The notes under the pieces were generated by a model. It made no database searches. It was not told the origin of the DNA and was given only the letters and a program-made list of their open reading frames with translations. Made by a program: the position numbers and the translations under genes. 64,000 nt of DNA, taken from the sequence record MW373745.1; one strand, given 5' to 3'. Below are positions 44,631 to 53,941 of the stretch, piece by piece (the first letter of the stretch is position 1; every line of letters begins with the position of its first letter).

Positions 44631-45259
44631 ATAAAATATCTTTCATTAATACTTTACCTAAAGCACCTGATATGGCTAATCCTGTTGATTTTGACAAGGA
44701 TGCTAATAACTTTGTTAATGCGCTTGTTCCTTTTTCAAAAGAACTTAATGATTTTATTAAAGATATAAATATATTAAGTGCTTCCTTGATAGAGCTAAAC
44801 TCTAATATGATCTCTTATACTAATTTGGCTTTAGAGCAAATTGACAGTAAAACAAATATAAATATCTTAAAAATAGAAAATTTTTGCAAAGATTTTCAAA
44901 ATGTTTTAGAGCAAAAAGCTAAAGAAAGATTAAAAGAATTTACCGATGAATGCCTAACCATAGTTGAAAACAAAGGCTATGAGATGATAGAAAGATTAAA
45001 TGACAATGGCGTTGGAGCTGATTATATCGCTATTTCTCAATCTCTAACTCATAGCTTAAGCTTAGAACGCTTTATTATGGAAAGAGGTTTTATTAAACTA
45101 AGAAAAGAAGAAGCCCTAAATTTAGATGATGTGAATTTGAGTTTAGAAGAACAAAGAAGAGATATAAACCTTGCCCAAAAAGCTTTAGAAAATATCACAA
45201 ACATACTCTCTTCACAAAACGAAATTAATTTAACTTTAAAAGGAGAAAACAATGCTTGA
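44627..45259 (+). CDS. Hypothetical tail-associated protein
   Basis: Operon context. Confidence 0.5.
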   Translation: MNKISFINTLPKAPDMANPVDFDKDANNFVNALVPFSKELNDFIKDINILSASLIELNSNMISYTNLALEQIDSKTNINILKIENFCKDFQNVLEQKAKERLKEFTDECLTIVENKGYEMIERLNDNGVGADYIAISQSLTHSLSLERFIMERGFIKLRKEEALNLDDVNLSLEEQRRDINLAQKALENITNILSSQNEINLTLKGENNA

Positions 45260-46817
45260 TAACTCAAAAATAAGAAGCACAGAGCTTTATGCTACGCTAA
45301 GTCAAGCTACTAAGGATGTTACAGCCATAAGAGAGTGGCTTTATGCTTCAAAAGATAGGATTGATGAGCACATTTTAGAAAATTTAAATGCTTTTGATGA
45401 AAAAGTAAAAGAAGCTTTACAAAACTATGAAAACTTAAGCGATGAAAAACTTAATATGCTAAAAGAACTTTATAAAAAAGTGGTTTATCCTTTTGATTAT
45501 GTAAGTGATGAAGAACCTACAATGCCCAATGTGAATGAAACTTGGTTTAAAACTGATGAGGCTAAAATCTTTAAATTTATTAAAAATCCACAAATCACTT
45601 TCTTACAAAAAGAAAGACCTAAAGAAAGAAAAATTAATGATATTTGGTTTAAGCCTATGGATGATGTTAATTTACAAGTAGGCGAATTTTATCTTTGTGA
45701 AAAAGTGTTGAAGAATGAAGCTTGGATAAACCCATCCTTGCCTGAGAATTTAGAACCTGCATTTAATCAAGAAGAAGCTCCACAAAATGCAACGCTTGGC
45801 GATATTTGGAAAAAAGGGGATGAATATCTTGTTTATATTAAAACCACAAGTGGCAATTCTTGGACTAGCCCTGAAAACCCAAGCGAATATACACCTACTT
45901 ATGAAAGCGAAGAAGAACCAAGTGAGGCAAAACTTGGCGAAATTTGGAAAAAAGGAAATGAGTATTTAATCTATGCAAGAGTGACTAACGATACAGCTTG
46001 GATTTTAAAGTCTGATCTAGGGCTTGATGCTTTTATTTGGTTTAATGAAGAAAAAGAAAATATAAACTTTATACTTTCACTTATAGGGGATTTGAAAAAA
46101 GAAGATGAAAAAGAAGAAACAAGCAAAAATGAAATAAAGGATCTGGAACAAAATTTAAGCAATAAACAGGAAGAATTAGAAAATATTAAAAAGCAAATCG
46201 AAGAAGCATTAGCAAAAGACCCACCACAAAATGTAGATAACCTCAATGAGAAAAAGACGCAATTAGAGCAAGAAATCACAAAGATGCAAGAAGATTTAAA
46301 TCATAAACAAAATGAATTAGAACAAATACAAAAAGATAAAAGTTTGGTTAGTCAAAAAATGCTTAGTGATGCCCTTAAAGAAAAAGTAGGATTAAAAGGT
46401 GATGAGACTTTAAATGGAAATAAGACTTTAAATGGAGATAATATATTTAATGGCACAAATACTTTTAATCAGGCATTAACTTCTCGGGCCGATCCAACAA
46501 ATGATAATCACTTAACTAGAAAATGGTATGTAGATTATGGTGGTGGAATTAAAAATCTTGGCACAACTGGCAGTATAAATCTAGATTTAAGACAAGCTCA
46601 ACATTTTATTTTAACAGCAAATGCAGGAACAAGCATAGGAATAGCTAATTTTGGAGGAGTAGGAAAAAGCGGAACAATAACCATAAATAATTGTCAAAAT
46701 GTAGTAGCTTTTAATGCCCCTTTTAAATTTAGAATAGCTCAAAGTGGATTTAGTGGCACTGAAACTTTTGCTTATTTTTGCATAGCTTCGAATAATGTAA
46801 GATTAGTAAGGACTTAA
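45252..46817 (+). CDS. Tail fibre-like protein
   Basis: Four EP....[GN][DE].W.K repeats, a coiled coil, PTNDNHLTRKWYVD motif. Confidence 0.65.
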   Translation: MLDNSKIRSTELYATLSQATKDVTAIREWLYASKDRIDEHILENLNAFDEKVKEALQNYENLSDEKLNMLKELYKKVVYPFDYVSDEEPTMPNVNETWFKTDEAKIFKFIKNPQITFLQKERPKERKINDIWFKPMDDVNLQVGEFYLCEKVLKNEAWINPSLPENLEPAFNQEEAPQNATLGDIWKKGDEYLVYIKTTSGNSWTSPENPSEYTPTYESEEEPSEAKLGEIWKKGNEYLIYARVTNDTAWILKSDLGLDAFIWFNEEKENINFILSLIGDLKKEDEKEETSKNEIKDLEQNLSNKQEELENIKKQIEEALAKDPPQNVDNLNEKKTQLEQEITKMQEDLNHKQNELEQIQKDKSLVSQKMLSDALKEKVGLKGDETLNGNKTLNGDNIFNGTNTFNQALTSRADPTNDNHLTRKWYVDYGGGIKNLGTTGSINLDLRQAQHFILTANAGTSIGIANFGGVGKSGTITINNCQNVVAFNAPFKFRIAQSGFSGTETFAYFCIASNNVRLVRT

Positions 46818-46818
46818 A

Positions 46819-47268
46819 ATGAACTGCCTCCTTCTTTCTAATAATGGCATAGCACTAAATTTACCTCCATCTTTAGGAGGCTCGGTTGCAAATTATAATT
46901 ATATGTTAAAGCTAGACATGATTTATAAACAAGCAGTGGTATTGCCATCAAATATTAATAATAAAGAAGTGGTTATGTTAGGCGAAGTTTGGACGACTGG
47001 AAATATGTCTAATAAAACTTCTGCAAATACTTTGCATATCACATGGAACAATTTTAACTCTAGTGTAGAATTGCATGCTTTAAGTAAATATTACACTGCC
47101 AATGCAAAAATCAAAGTAGAGAAAAAATTCAATTTTGGAAATATAAACAACTTGCAAATAATGCTAAGTTCTTGGCAAAGCGGTAGTGCAAATGCAAGTG
47201 CTGGTTGGAACTTAAATGATGGGGATAGATTAAACCCAAGAGCAAATTTAACATTATACTGGAATTAA
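46819..47268 (+). CDS. Hypothetical tail fibre-associated protein
   Basis: Operon context. Confidence 0.5.
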   Translation: MNCLLLSNNGIALNLPPSLGGSVANYNYMLKLDMIYKQAVVLPSNINNKEVVMLGEVWTTGNMSNKTSANTLHITWNNFNSSVELHALSKYYTANAKIKVEKKFNFGNINNLQIMLSSWQSGSANASAGWNLNDGDRLNPRANLTLYWN

Positions 47269-47280
47269 GAAAGGGTAAAT

Positions 47281-47916
47281 ATGTTTTATGATTTAAAAAA
47301 TAAAAGTTTAAAATATGATGATATTTTTTTAAAAGATGTAAAAATACAAAACGAAGAAGGTGAAATTGATGCACAAGATACTTATTTTTTAAGTGCTTGC
47401 GATGATAAGCTTTTAAAAGAGCTTGGTTTTGCTAAAGTTAAAGAAGAAGAAATTCCAAGTTTTAATGAAAAAATTGAAGAACTTCGCCAAATTCAAACTT
47501 ATGATGAAGAAAATAATCTTTATATTATTTCTTATGAGATTAAAGAAAAAGCATTAGAAGAGTTAAAAGAATTAAAATTAGAAGAACTAAAAGCTATAAA
47601 AGAAGAAAAGCTTTTGTTTATGCCTTTTAAAAATACTATATTTCAAATTGACACGGAAGCAAAAATTAATATTAGCGGAAAAGTTAGCGAGATAATGTTA
47701 GCAAATCTCAATAATACTCCTTTGGAAAATATTGCTTGGATTGATAAAGATAATAAAATCATTACATTTAACAAAGAAGAATTTTTAGAATTTGGGGTTG
47801 GTATCGCTAAATATACTGAAAGTATTATTTTTAAAAATGATGAACTAAGAAATAAAGTGAAAAATGCCACATCTTTAGAAGAATTAAATTTAATTGCATG
47901 GGAGAGTGAAAAATGA
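47281..47916 (+). CDS. Tail fibre assembly-type protein (DUF4376-like)
   Basis: FQID.E...I.W...DN.......EF...C-terminal ATSLEELN.I.W. Confidence 0.65.
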   Translation: MFYDLKNKSLKYDDIFLKDVKIQNEEGEIDAQDTYFLSACDDKLLKELGFAKVKEEEIPSFNEKIEELRQIQTYDEENNLYIISYEIKEKALEELKELKLEELKAIKEEKLLFMPFKNTIFQIDTEAKINISGKVSEIMLANLNNTPLENIAWIDKDNKIITFNKEEFLEFGVGIAKYTESIIFKNDELRNKVKNATSLEELNLIAWESEK

Positions 47917-48296
47917 GTACTGAAAATATAATAAAAGAAGGTGCTATACTCGGTTCTTTAAGTGGATCTGCATTATTAGGATTGATGGTTTTTGTCTTAG
48001 CTGGGATTGCATGGCATTTATATAAAACTTTACATAAAGAAGCTGGGGAAAGAACAAAAGAACTTATAAGTGAAACCAAAAATACTAATGTTCTTATTAG
48101 AGAACAAATTGCAGTATCCAGAGCAAGTAGCGATAGTTTGGTTAAATTTATAGAAACACATTGCTCAAAAACCAATGACAAGCTAGAAGCTATAGAAACA
48201 GATCTTATGAGAATGGATGAAAGGCTTGTTAAGCTTACTCAAATAAGAAATGATGAATTAAGAAGTATTTTTAAAAAAAAGGAAAACAATGACTAA
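47913..48296 (+). CDS. Holin-like membrane protein
   Basis: One N-terminal TM segment plus a coiled coil, in the lysis region. Confidence 0.45.
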   Translation: MSTENIIKEGAILGSLSGSALLGLMVFVLAGIAWHLYKTLHKEAGERTKELISETKNTNVLIREQIAVSRASSDSLVKFIETHCSKTNDKLEAIETDLMRMDERLVKLTQIRNDELRSIFKKKENND

Positions 48297-48663
48297 AACA
48301 GAATTAAAAAGGGTTTGTGTAAAGCCATACGATAAGGACAGGTTTGAAGTGATACAAGATTATGAGTTTATTTTGCCAAATTACAAAGGCATTGTACCAC
48401 AAGGTTTTAAAACTGATGGAGCGAGTATTCCACGCCTTTTTTGGTCTTTGTTTCCACCTTTTAAAAGTGAGTATTTTAGTGCTTGTGTAGTGCATGATTT
48501 TTTATGTGAAAAAGCAAAATCAAGAAAAGATTACAAACTTGCTGATCTTGTTTTAAAAGAAGCAATGCAAGCTTTAGAAATAAATAAATTTAAGATTTTT
48601 GTTTTTTATTGCTCTTGTAATTTATTTCATCAGATCAAATGTTTAATAAAGGGGATAAGATGA
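48289..48663 (+). CDS. DUF1353-family protein
   Basis: VPQGFKTDGASIPR..W...ACVVHDFL. Confidence 0.8.
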   Translation: MTKTELKRVCVKPYDKDRFEVIQDYEFILPNYKGIVPQGFKTDGASIPRLFWSLFPPFKSEYFSACVVHDFLCEKAKSRKDYKLADLVLKEAMQALEINKFKIFVFYCSCNLFHQIKCLIKGIR

Positions 48664-49943
48664 GCGTGGATTTAAGAGAAATTGCCATAAAAACAGAAGA
48701 AATCAATAAAGATTTTAGTGAAGCTTTAGAAATTTTAAAAGAACTTTTTAAAAATGGAGTAAAACCAAGCGATGAAAGTATTAAAAATGCTATAAATGAA
48801 GTTTTAACAAGTTTTAACTTTATAAAACAAAGTGAATTAAAAGAAAAACTAGAAGCCTTGCTAGAAGAGCTTGGCATCAATGCAAATATCAATGAAGAGA
48901 GTTTAAAAGAAGTTGTATTAAAAGTTGTTTTAGAAAATCAAGAAAGTTTAAAAGGTGATAAAGGAGATCCTTTTACTTATGAAGATTTTACAGAAGAACA
49001 GCTTAAAAATTTAAAAGGGCAAGATGGAGCTAAAGGAGCTGATGGTAAAAGTGCTTATGAACTTTGGCTTGAAAATGAAGAAAACACGGGAAAAAGTCAA
49101 GATGAATTTTTAGAAAGTTTAAAGGCTCAAACACCAACAAAAGAAGAAATTAAACCTATTATAGAAGAGATGCTCGAAGATATGAAATTAAATTTAGGCA
49201 TTAATGGAATAAAAGTATCTAATTCTATTCCCACTCCAAAAACAAAAGCTAATGTTAATGATTTAATTATAACTTATAATGAAAATGTAAAACAACTTTG
49301 GCTTTGTGTGGCAAGTGATGATAAATACACAAGTTGGATTAATTTGCTTGGAAATGAAAATATTACAGCACAAGAGTTGATTATTATTAGTTTTGATACA
49401 AATTTAAATAGTGGTCAATATGGCGGATGTTTAAGTGATTTGCGTTTTGGTTTTGAAAATTCTTTAGCAAGCACTACGCAAATTATAAAAGGACTTAATG
49501 AAGGCAGTTTTTTAATCACTAAAGATGGAATGGGTTTAAAATCTAAAAATTATACTGAAGTTAGCGTTCTTTCAAAACCAAGTAAAAATCAAATAGAAGG
49601 AAATATCAAAACGAGCGGAATTTATAATGATCCTGCTTGGCATAATATTACCAATGCTTTAAAAAAATATGATGGCAATGCAAATGAATGCTGTCTTTGG
49701 GCTTCTAATATAAAAAATAGTGTAAGTATAGAGCTTTTTACAAATGAAATTCCTATGAGTCTTTTTTATAGGCAAGCTGGATATTATGGAAATGTCAATC
49801 TTTCAAATATAAAAATGCAAAAAGCCCTTAGAGTTCAAAATGAAATTATAGTCGAGAGAAGCTTTATAGGAATAAAAAAAGAAATTGATAAAACTACCTA
49901 TGGTGATAATGCTTTTTTATTTGAATTTGAAGAAGAAAAATGA
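48660..49943 (+). CDS. Collagen-like repeat tail/receptor-binding protein
   Basis: KGDKGDPFTYEDFT..Q...LKGQDGAKGADGKSAYE; C-terminal domain homologous to 10320-10971. Confidence 0.65.
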   Translation: MSVDLREIAIKTEEINKDFSEALEILKELFKNGVKPSDESIKNAINEVLTSFNFIKQSELKEKLEALLEELGINANINEESLKEVVLKVVLENQESLKGDKGDPFTYEDFTEEQLKNLKGQDGAKGADGKSAYELWLENEENTGKSQDEFLESLKAQTPTKEEIKPIIEEMLEDMKLNLGINGIKVSNSIPTPKTKANVNDLIITYNENVKQLWLCVASDDKYTSWINLLGNENITAQELIIISFDTNLNSGQYGGCLSDLRFGFENSLASTTQIIKGLNEGSFLITKDGMGLKSKNYTEVSVLSKPSKNQIEGNIKTSGIYNDPAWHNITNALKKYDGNANECCLWASNIKNSVSIELFTNEIPMSLFYRQAGYYGNVNLSNIKMQKALRVQNEIIVERSFIGIKKEIDKTTYGDNAFLFEFEEEK

Positions 49944-49991
49944 GTTTAAATCTAAAAATAAAATACAAAAAATAAAAAGAAAGGAATTATA

Positions 49992-50453
49992 ATGAAAATA
50001 ACAATTAATAGAAGATACACAGGAAAAACTTGCGTTATTGGTAAATTTAAGGTTTTAGATGATGATGATAAAATTCTTTTTGAATGTTTTTCTTTGGAAG
50101 AAGACAAAGAAGGTTTAGAAAGTGGCAAAGATTTAAGAATACCTGAAGGAAATTATAATTTAAAAAGACATAGTCCTTCACGATTTGAAAATACTTTAAG
50201 AAGTATTACAAAAAAAGATGATGATACAATGATAAATGTTTATAATGATGATGTGCCATCAAGTCGTGCAATTTTAATACACTGGGGAAACACTGATAAA
50301 GACACACAAGGTTGTATCTTGCTTGGGCTTACCAAGGATAATAATAATGAAAGTGTCGGTCAAAGCAGGCAGGCTTGCAAAGAATTTTACGACTTAATGC
50401 ATGGTAAAAATCTTGAAGACATTAAATTAGAAATAACAAATGAATTAGCATGA
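49992..50453 (+). CDS. DUF5675-family protein, candidate endolysin
   Basis: IPEGNY...RAILIHWGN..KDTQGCILLG; lies between holin-like and spanin-like genes. Confidence 0.7.
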   Translation: MKITINRRYTGKTCVIGKFKVLDDDDKILFECFSLEEDKEGLESGKDLRIPEGNYNLKRHSPSRFENTLRSITKKDDDTMINVYNDDVPSSRAILIHWGNTDKDTQGCILLGLTKDNNNESVGQSRQACKEFYDLMHGKNLEDIKLEITNELA

Positions 50454-50488
50454 AAGGAGATAAAAGTTTAAGTAGGTTAAAGTTTACA

Positions 50489-50504
50489 CCCCGCTTTTGC
50501 GGGG
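50489..50504 (-). terminator. GC hairpin terminator of the small toxin-like ORF
   Basis: ccccgc-tttt-gcgggg. Confidence 0.65.
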
Positions 50505-50509
50505 CAAGG

Positions 50510-50575
50510 CTAATAAGCCTTGACTATAATTACACAAAGTAGTATAATTATAATTATAAACTTCTGGTATGACAT
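50510..50575 (-). CDS. 21-aa Ibs-like hydrophobic peptide MSYQKFIIIIILLCVIIVKAY, putative type I toxin (not in the ORF track)
   Basis: SD AAGGTGG paired with upstream CCACC; minus-strand TATAAT at 50645-50650; downstream terminator. Confidence 0.65.
   Translation of the reverse strand: MSYQKFIIIIILLCVIIVKAY
50520..50548 (+). promoter_or_regulatory. Antisense sigma70 promoter inside the toxin-like ORF
   Basis: TTGACT-17 bp-TATAAT. Confidence 0.7.
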
Positions 50576-50681
50576 TTATATCACCACCTTTCGCGGGTGG
50601 AATTTAGCCATAGGGGGTCAGACCTACGGCTAACCCTTAGGGGTATTATATAAAAACCTTACTTAAACTTCTAAAACAAAT

Positions 50682-51101
50682 ATGATAAATCTTTTATTTG
50701 GAAATGCAAAGCTTTATATAGCCTTAGCTTTAATGGCAATCTTAACAGGGTATTTTTATCTAAGACTTGATAGCACTCAAGCAAAATTAGAAAAAAGTCA
50801 AAGTGATTTAGCTTTGGCTTTAAAAATAAATGAAAATAATCAAGAAAAATTAAAAGAATTAAATCAAATTCATAAAACAGAATTAAAGGCTTTAAATGAA
50901 GCAAACAATCAAAAAAATCAAGTACAAGAAAGGGTGCAATATGTTAAAGAATACATTTATAAAAGCAATGAAAATAATATTACCAAGCTTTTTAACGATG
51001 TCGTTGATAGGTTGTGGGATGCAAACTCAACAAGTAGTAACCAAAATAGAAATTCAAAAAGTAAAAATTCCGCAAGAACTACTAACATTAAGTCCTCTTG
51101 A
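50682..51101 (+). CDS. Inner-membrane spanin (Rz-like)
   Basis: N-terminal TM segment and coiled coil, downstream of the lysin candidate. Confidence 0.6.
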   Translation: MINLLFGNAKLYIALALMAILTGYFYLRLDSTQAKLEKSQSDLALALKINENNQEKLKELNQIHKTELKALNEANNQKNQVQERVQYVKEYIYKSNENNITKLFNDVVDRLWDANSTSSNQNRNSKSKNSARTTNIKSS

Positions 51102-51216
51102 AAAGCCAATAGCAAAAAATGAACTAGATATTTTAAATGCTTATTCTATGCTTTTTTACAAATACAAACAGTGTGAGATACAGATTAGAAAGATTAAGGA
51201 GTTAAATGAGGAATGA
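50968..51216 (+). CDS. Outer-membrane spanin lipoprotein (Rz1-like), overlapping Rz in another frame
   Basis: MKIILPSFLTMSLIGC lipobox, Pro-rich body. Confidence 0.6.
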   Translation: MKIILPSFLTMSLIGCGMQTQQVVTKIEIQKVKIPQELLTLSPLEKPIAKNELDILNAYSMLFYKYKQCEIQIRKIKELNEE

Positions 51217-51229
51217 TCCTCATTTACAT

Positions 51230-51511
51230 CTATTCTAGAACTTCTGCTTTGTATTTTTCATACTCGGCTTCACTGATACACCTTTTTTCTTTCAATCCTC
51301 TTAAAAATTCTAAATCTCTCATTTTAGATATTTTTTGTTCTCGTCTATAAGGTTTTTTAACCGCTAAATACAAAATACATCCAAAAATGCCAAAGAAAAA
51401 CCCAACTATACCCCACCATAAGCTGCTCATATTTCTTTGTTTAGCATCATAAGAAAGTTCAAAAGCACATACAACAGCAAAGATAAAATACACAAGTCCT
51501 GCAATTTCCAT
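51230..51511 (-). CDS. Two-TM membrane protein with a SHOCT-like tail (moron)
   Basis: Two hydrophobic segments; C-terminal L..LKE...ISEAEYEKYKAEVL. Confidence 0.6.
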   Translation of the reverse strand: MEIAGLVYFIFAVVCAFELSYDAKQRNMSSLWWGIVGFFFGIFGCILYLAVKKPYRREQKISKMRDLEFLRGLKEKRCISEAEYEKYKAEVLE

Positions 51512-51527
51512 TTTTACTCCTTTTTAA

Positions 51528-52190
51528 TTAAAAATTGTCACATTTTACTTTATATATTCTTAAATTCTCATTTTCTACATCGTGATTAGGCACTTGGTAA
51601 CATTCTTTAAAATTATCACCTTTTAAAATCTTAGTGTAAGAGCTTGGAATAGCAATATTGTTTTTTATTCTTTGTGGATTATTGTCATAATTAACCAAAT
51701 TTAAAACTTCTAAACTTCCAAGCTTTAAAGCTACTTGTCTTTCTCTTTTTTCAATTTTATTCCAAACTCTTTGATTGATTTGTGGATTTTGTGGAGTAAT
51801 GTTGCTCATTAAAAAAGTGCTTCTTTGAGCTTGAGTTGTTTTTCTCATTGAAGCATTAGAAAGAGTGTGTCCCCTGTCGTAACCGCTGTTTTTATAATCA
51901 CTCCATGTGGTGCGGTATTTTTTAGGAATATTTGTATCATCTTCAAAGCGTGGGCGTTTTTTGATTTGTTCGCCTTTTAAATTATCCGCTTCTAATCTAT
52001 AAGCTACGGCTTTAGTGCCTTTTAAAGAATAATCATAACAATTAATATAATAAAATTTATCCAAAACTTGTGAGCAGTTTTGTTTAGTAAAATACTTGGC
52101 AAAATCTTCGCTTGGTTTGTATTGTGTATAATCAGCAAAAGCTAGAGTGGATAATAAAGATAAGATTATAAGTTTTTTCATTTGTTTCAT
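51528..52190 (-). CDS. Secreted DNA/RNA non-specific endonuclease (His-Me finger)
   Basis: Signal peptide; YDRGH motif; FLMSNITPQ...NQRVW. Confidence 0.9.
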   Translation of the reverse strand: MKQMKKLIILSLLSTLAFADYTQYKPSEDFAKYFTKQNCSQVLDKFYYINCYDYSLKGTKAVAYRLEADNLKGEQIKKRPRFEDDTNIPKKYRTTWSDYKNSGYDRGHTLSNASMRKTTQAQRSTFLMSNITPQNPQINQRVWNKIEKRERQVALKLGSLEVLNLVNYDNNPQRIKNNIAIPSSYTKILKGDNFKECYQVPNHDVENENLRIYKVKCDNF

Positions 52191-52849
52191 ACCCTTTCAA
52201 TTTGATTTAAAAATATCTTTGCATTACAAGAGCAAACCACTACACCTATAAATACATAATTTTTTAAAGCACTTTTTTTTATTTTTTTATCTCCAAAATT
52301 AAAATTATCACTGCTAATAACTATATCATCATCGAAAGCATTTTTTAAAATACGTTTGCAAAAAAGCTCGTTATCATTATCGCGAAAAATTACTACATCA
52401 GCATTTCTTATCTTTTCTAGTGAATTTTTAGTAGTATCTATGATGATAAAAGAGCCATTTTGTATAAAAGGTTCCATGCTTTCACCATAAATTTTAATCA
52501 TATCATATTGTGTTTTATAAGGCACTCCTAAAACATCAGTTAGAAAAGCTTTATCTATGTTTATAAGCTGAAAATTTTCATTTTCATTTGCATTGCCAAA
52601 ACCTGCACTTGCACAAATGTCTGGAAAATAACGAATGGTTATAGTATCTTTGTGGTGATGAATAGAGACTGAATTATTAGCCTTTTTTAACTCATAGTAT
52701 TTTTTCAATGCTTGAGCTGAAAGTTGTTTATTGTTCCGCCAATTATTTGCATTATTTTTTTTATATCCTAATCTCTCTGCTACTTCTTCTAAACTTTTTA
52801 CATTAAAAAAAGTTTTTAATTCTTCTACTAATTCATAATAATTTTCCAT
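52187..52849 (-). CDS. CI-like repressor (HTH plus S24 peptidase)
   Basis: N-terminal HTH, CASAGFG cleavage region, GESMEP, FCKRI. Confidence 0.9.
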   Translation of the reverse strand: MENYYELVEELKTFFNVKSLEEVAERLGYKKNNANNWRNNKQLSAQALKKYYELKKANNSVSIHHHKDTITIRYFPDICASAGFGNANENENFQLINIDKAFLTDVLGVPYKTQYDMIKIYGESMEPFIQNGSFIIIDTTKNSLEKIRNADVVIFRDNDNELFCKRILKNAFDDDIVISSDNFNFGDKKIKKSALKNYVFIGVVVCSCNAKIFLNQIERV

Positions 52850-52867
52850 AAATATAACCTTGAAAAT

Positions 52868-52967
52868 ATATTGACATATATTTAAAATTAATATATAATT
52901 CTATACATAATTAATTTTTAAAAACAAAATAATTATTTAACTAAGCAATAAGTATGCCAAGTTTTAA
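52868..52967 (+). promoter_or_regulatory. PR-like promoter/operator block, copy 1
   Basis: TTGACA (52871)-17-TATAAT (52894); about 100 bp nearly identical to 53816-53916. Confidence 0.8.
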
Positions 52968-53003
52968 ATTAAAATTGTATTATGTTATTTTAAGGATTTG
53001 AAA

Positions 53004-53063
53004 ATGGAGTATTGGCTCATATTTGTATTTTTCTTTTTCGGGTATTATATTTTGTTTGATTAA
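53004..53063 (+). CDS. 19-aa hydrophobic peptide MEYWLIFVFFFFGYYILFD (not in the ORF track)
   Basis: SD AAGGA, downstream of promoter copy 1, ends in the 53060-53080 hairpin. Confidence 0.4.
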   Translation: MEYWLIFVFFFFGYYILFD

Positions 53064-53080
53064 GGCGTATTACGCCTTAA
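53060..53080. terminator. 9-bp hairpin between convergent ORFs
   Basis: ttaaggcgt-att-acgccttaa. Confidence 0.6.
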
Positions 53081-53083
53081 AAA

Positions 53084-53737
53084 TTATTTTTTTTCTTGCT
53101 CGGGTTTATCTCCTCTAGTTTTTGGGATTATGGGTGTAGTAGTTCCAGTTTGTGGAGTTGGTTTTATTACTTTTTCTTTATTGTCCGACATAATTATTTC
53201 TCCTTTTACGATTTGTGCACCACTTGTTATTATAGCAAAAAAAGATATACTAGCTCCAATAACAAGAAAAACATAAATTTTACCAATATCTTTACTCATA
53301 TTATTAATAATTTTGTTATTTTTATCGAAAGCATCTAATATAGAAGATATCATGGCATTAATTCCATTTGTATGTTCTAAATTATCTGAATTTAATTTAG
53401 ACATCTCACCGTATTGATCTTGTGGAAAAGCTATTGTATTATTTATTTTTAAGGCAAGCAAGGAAAAGAAAGCGCAATATCCTAGAAATATAATTGAAAC
53501 ACTAAAAAGAATAATAGTAAATAGATCTGTATGGGTTGTTTTTATATAGTTATTAAGTATAGTGATGTCACCTGCTATTATAAAAGTGCAAAGCCACATG
53601 TATAATTTTATAGTTTGAAATTGTCCAGGGATTATACTTGTCAATTGAATATCTAAATCTTTTCTTTTACTTTCAAGTTGTAGCTTTAAATTCTTTTCAT
53701 AGTTCTCAAATGAAATATTTTCTTTATTTTCTGACAT
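53084..53737 (-). CDS. Multi-TM membrane protein (moron in the immunity region)
   Basis: Three hydrophobic segments; lies between the duplicated promoter blocks. Confidence 0.65.
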   Translation of the reverse strand: MSENKENISFENYEKNLKLQLESKRKDLDIQLTSIIPGQFQTIKLYMWLCTFIIAGDITILNNYIKTTHTDLFTIILFSVSIIFLGYCAFFSLLALKINNTIAFPQDQYGEMSKLNSDNLEHTNGINAMISSILDAFDKNNKIINNMSKDIGKIYVFLVIGASISFFAIITSGAQIVKGEIIMSDNKEKVIKPTPQTGTTTPIIPKTRGDKPEQEKK

Positions 53738-53815
53738 TTTAATTCCTTGCATAGTATTTTTATAATTATATTAAAAACTTAATATATTTATAATTAATAT
53801 AAAAATTAAAAATAT

Positions 53816-53916
53816 ATATTGACATATATTTAAAATTAATATATAATTCTACACATAATTAATTTTACAAAATAAAATAATTATTTAACCAAAGCATAAA
53901 GTATGCCAAGTTTTAA
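53816..53916 (+). promoter_or_regulatory. PR-like promoter/operator block, copy 2
   Basis: TTGACA (53819)-17-TATAAT (53842). Confidence 0.8.
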
Positions 53917-53941
53917 CTTATAAAGTTTTTAGGGGTAAAAA

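Noticed and set aside
5701-49943. Diversity-generating retroelement or poly-G phase variation acting on the fibre genes
   Set aside because: I saw no reverse transcriptase, no TR/VR pair and no long G/C homopolymer in either fibre region
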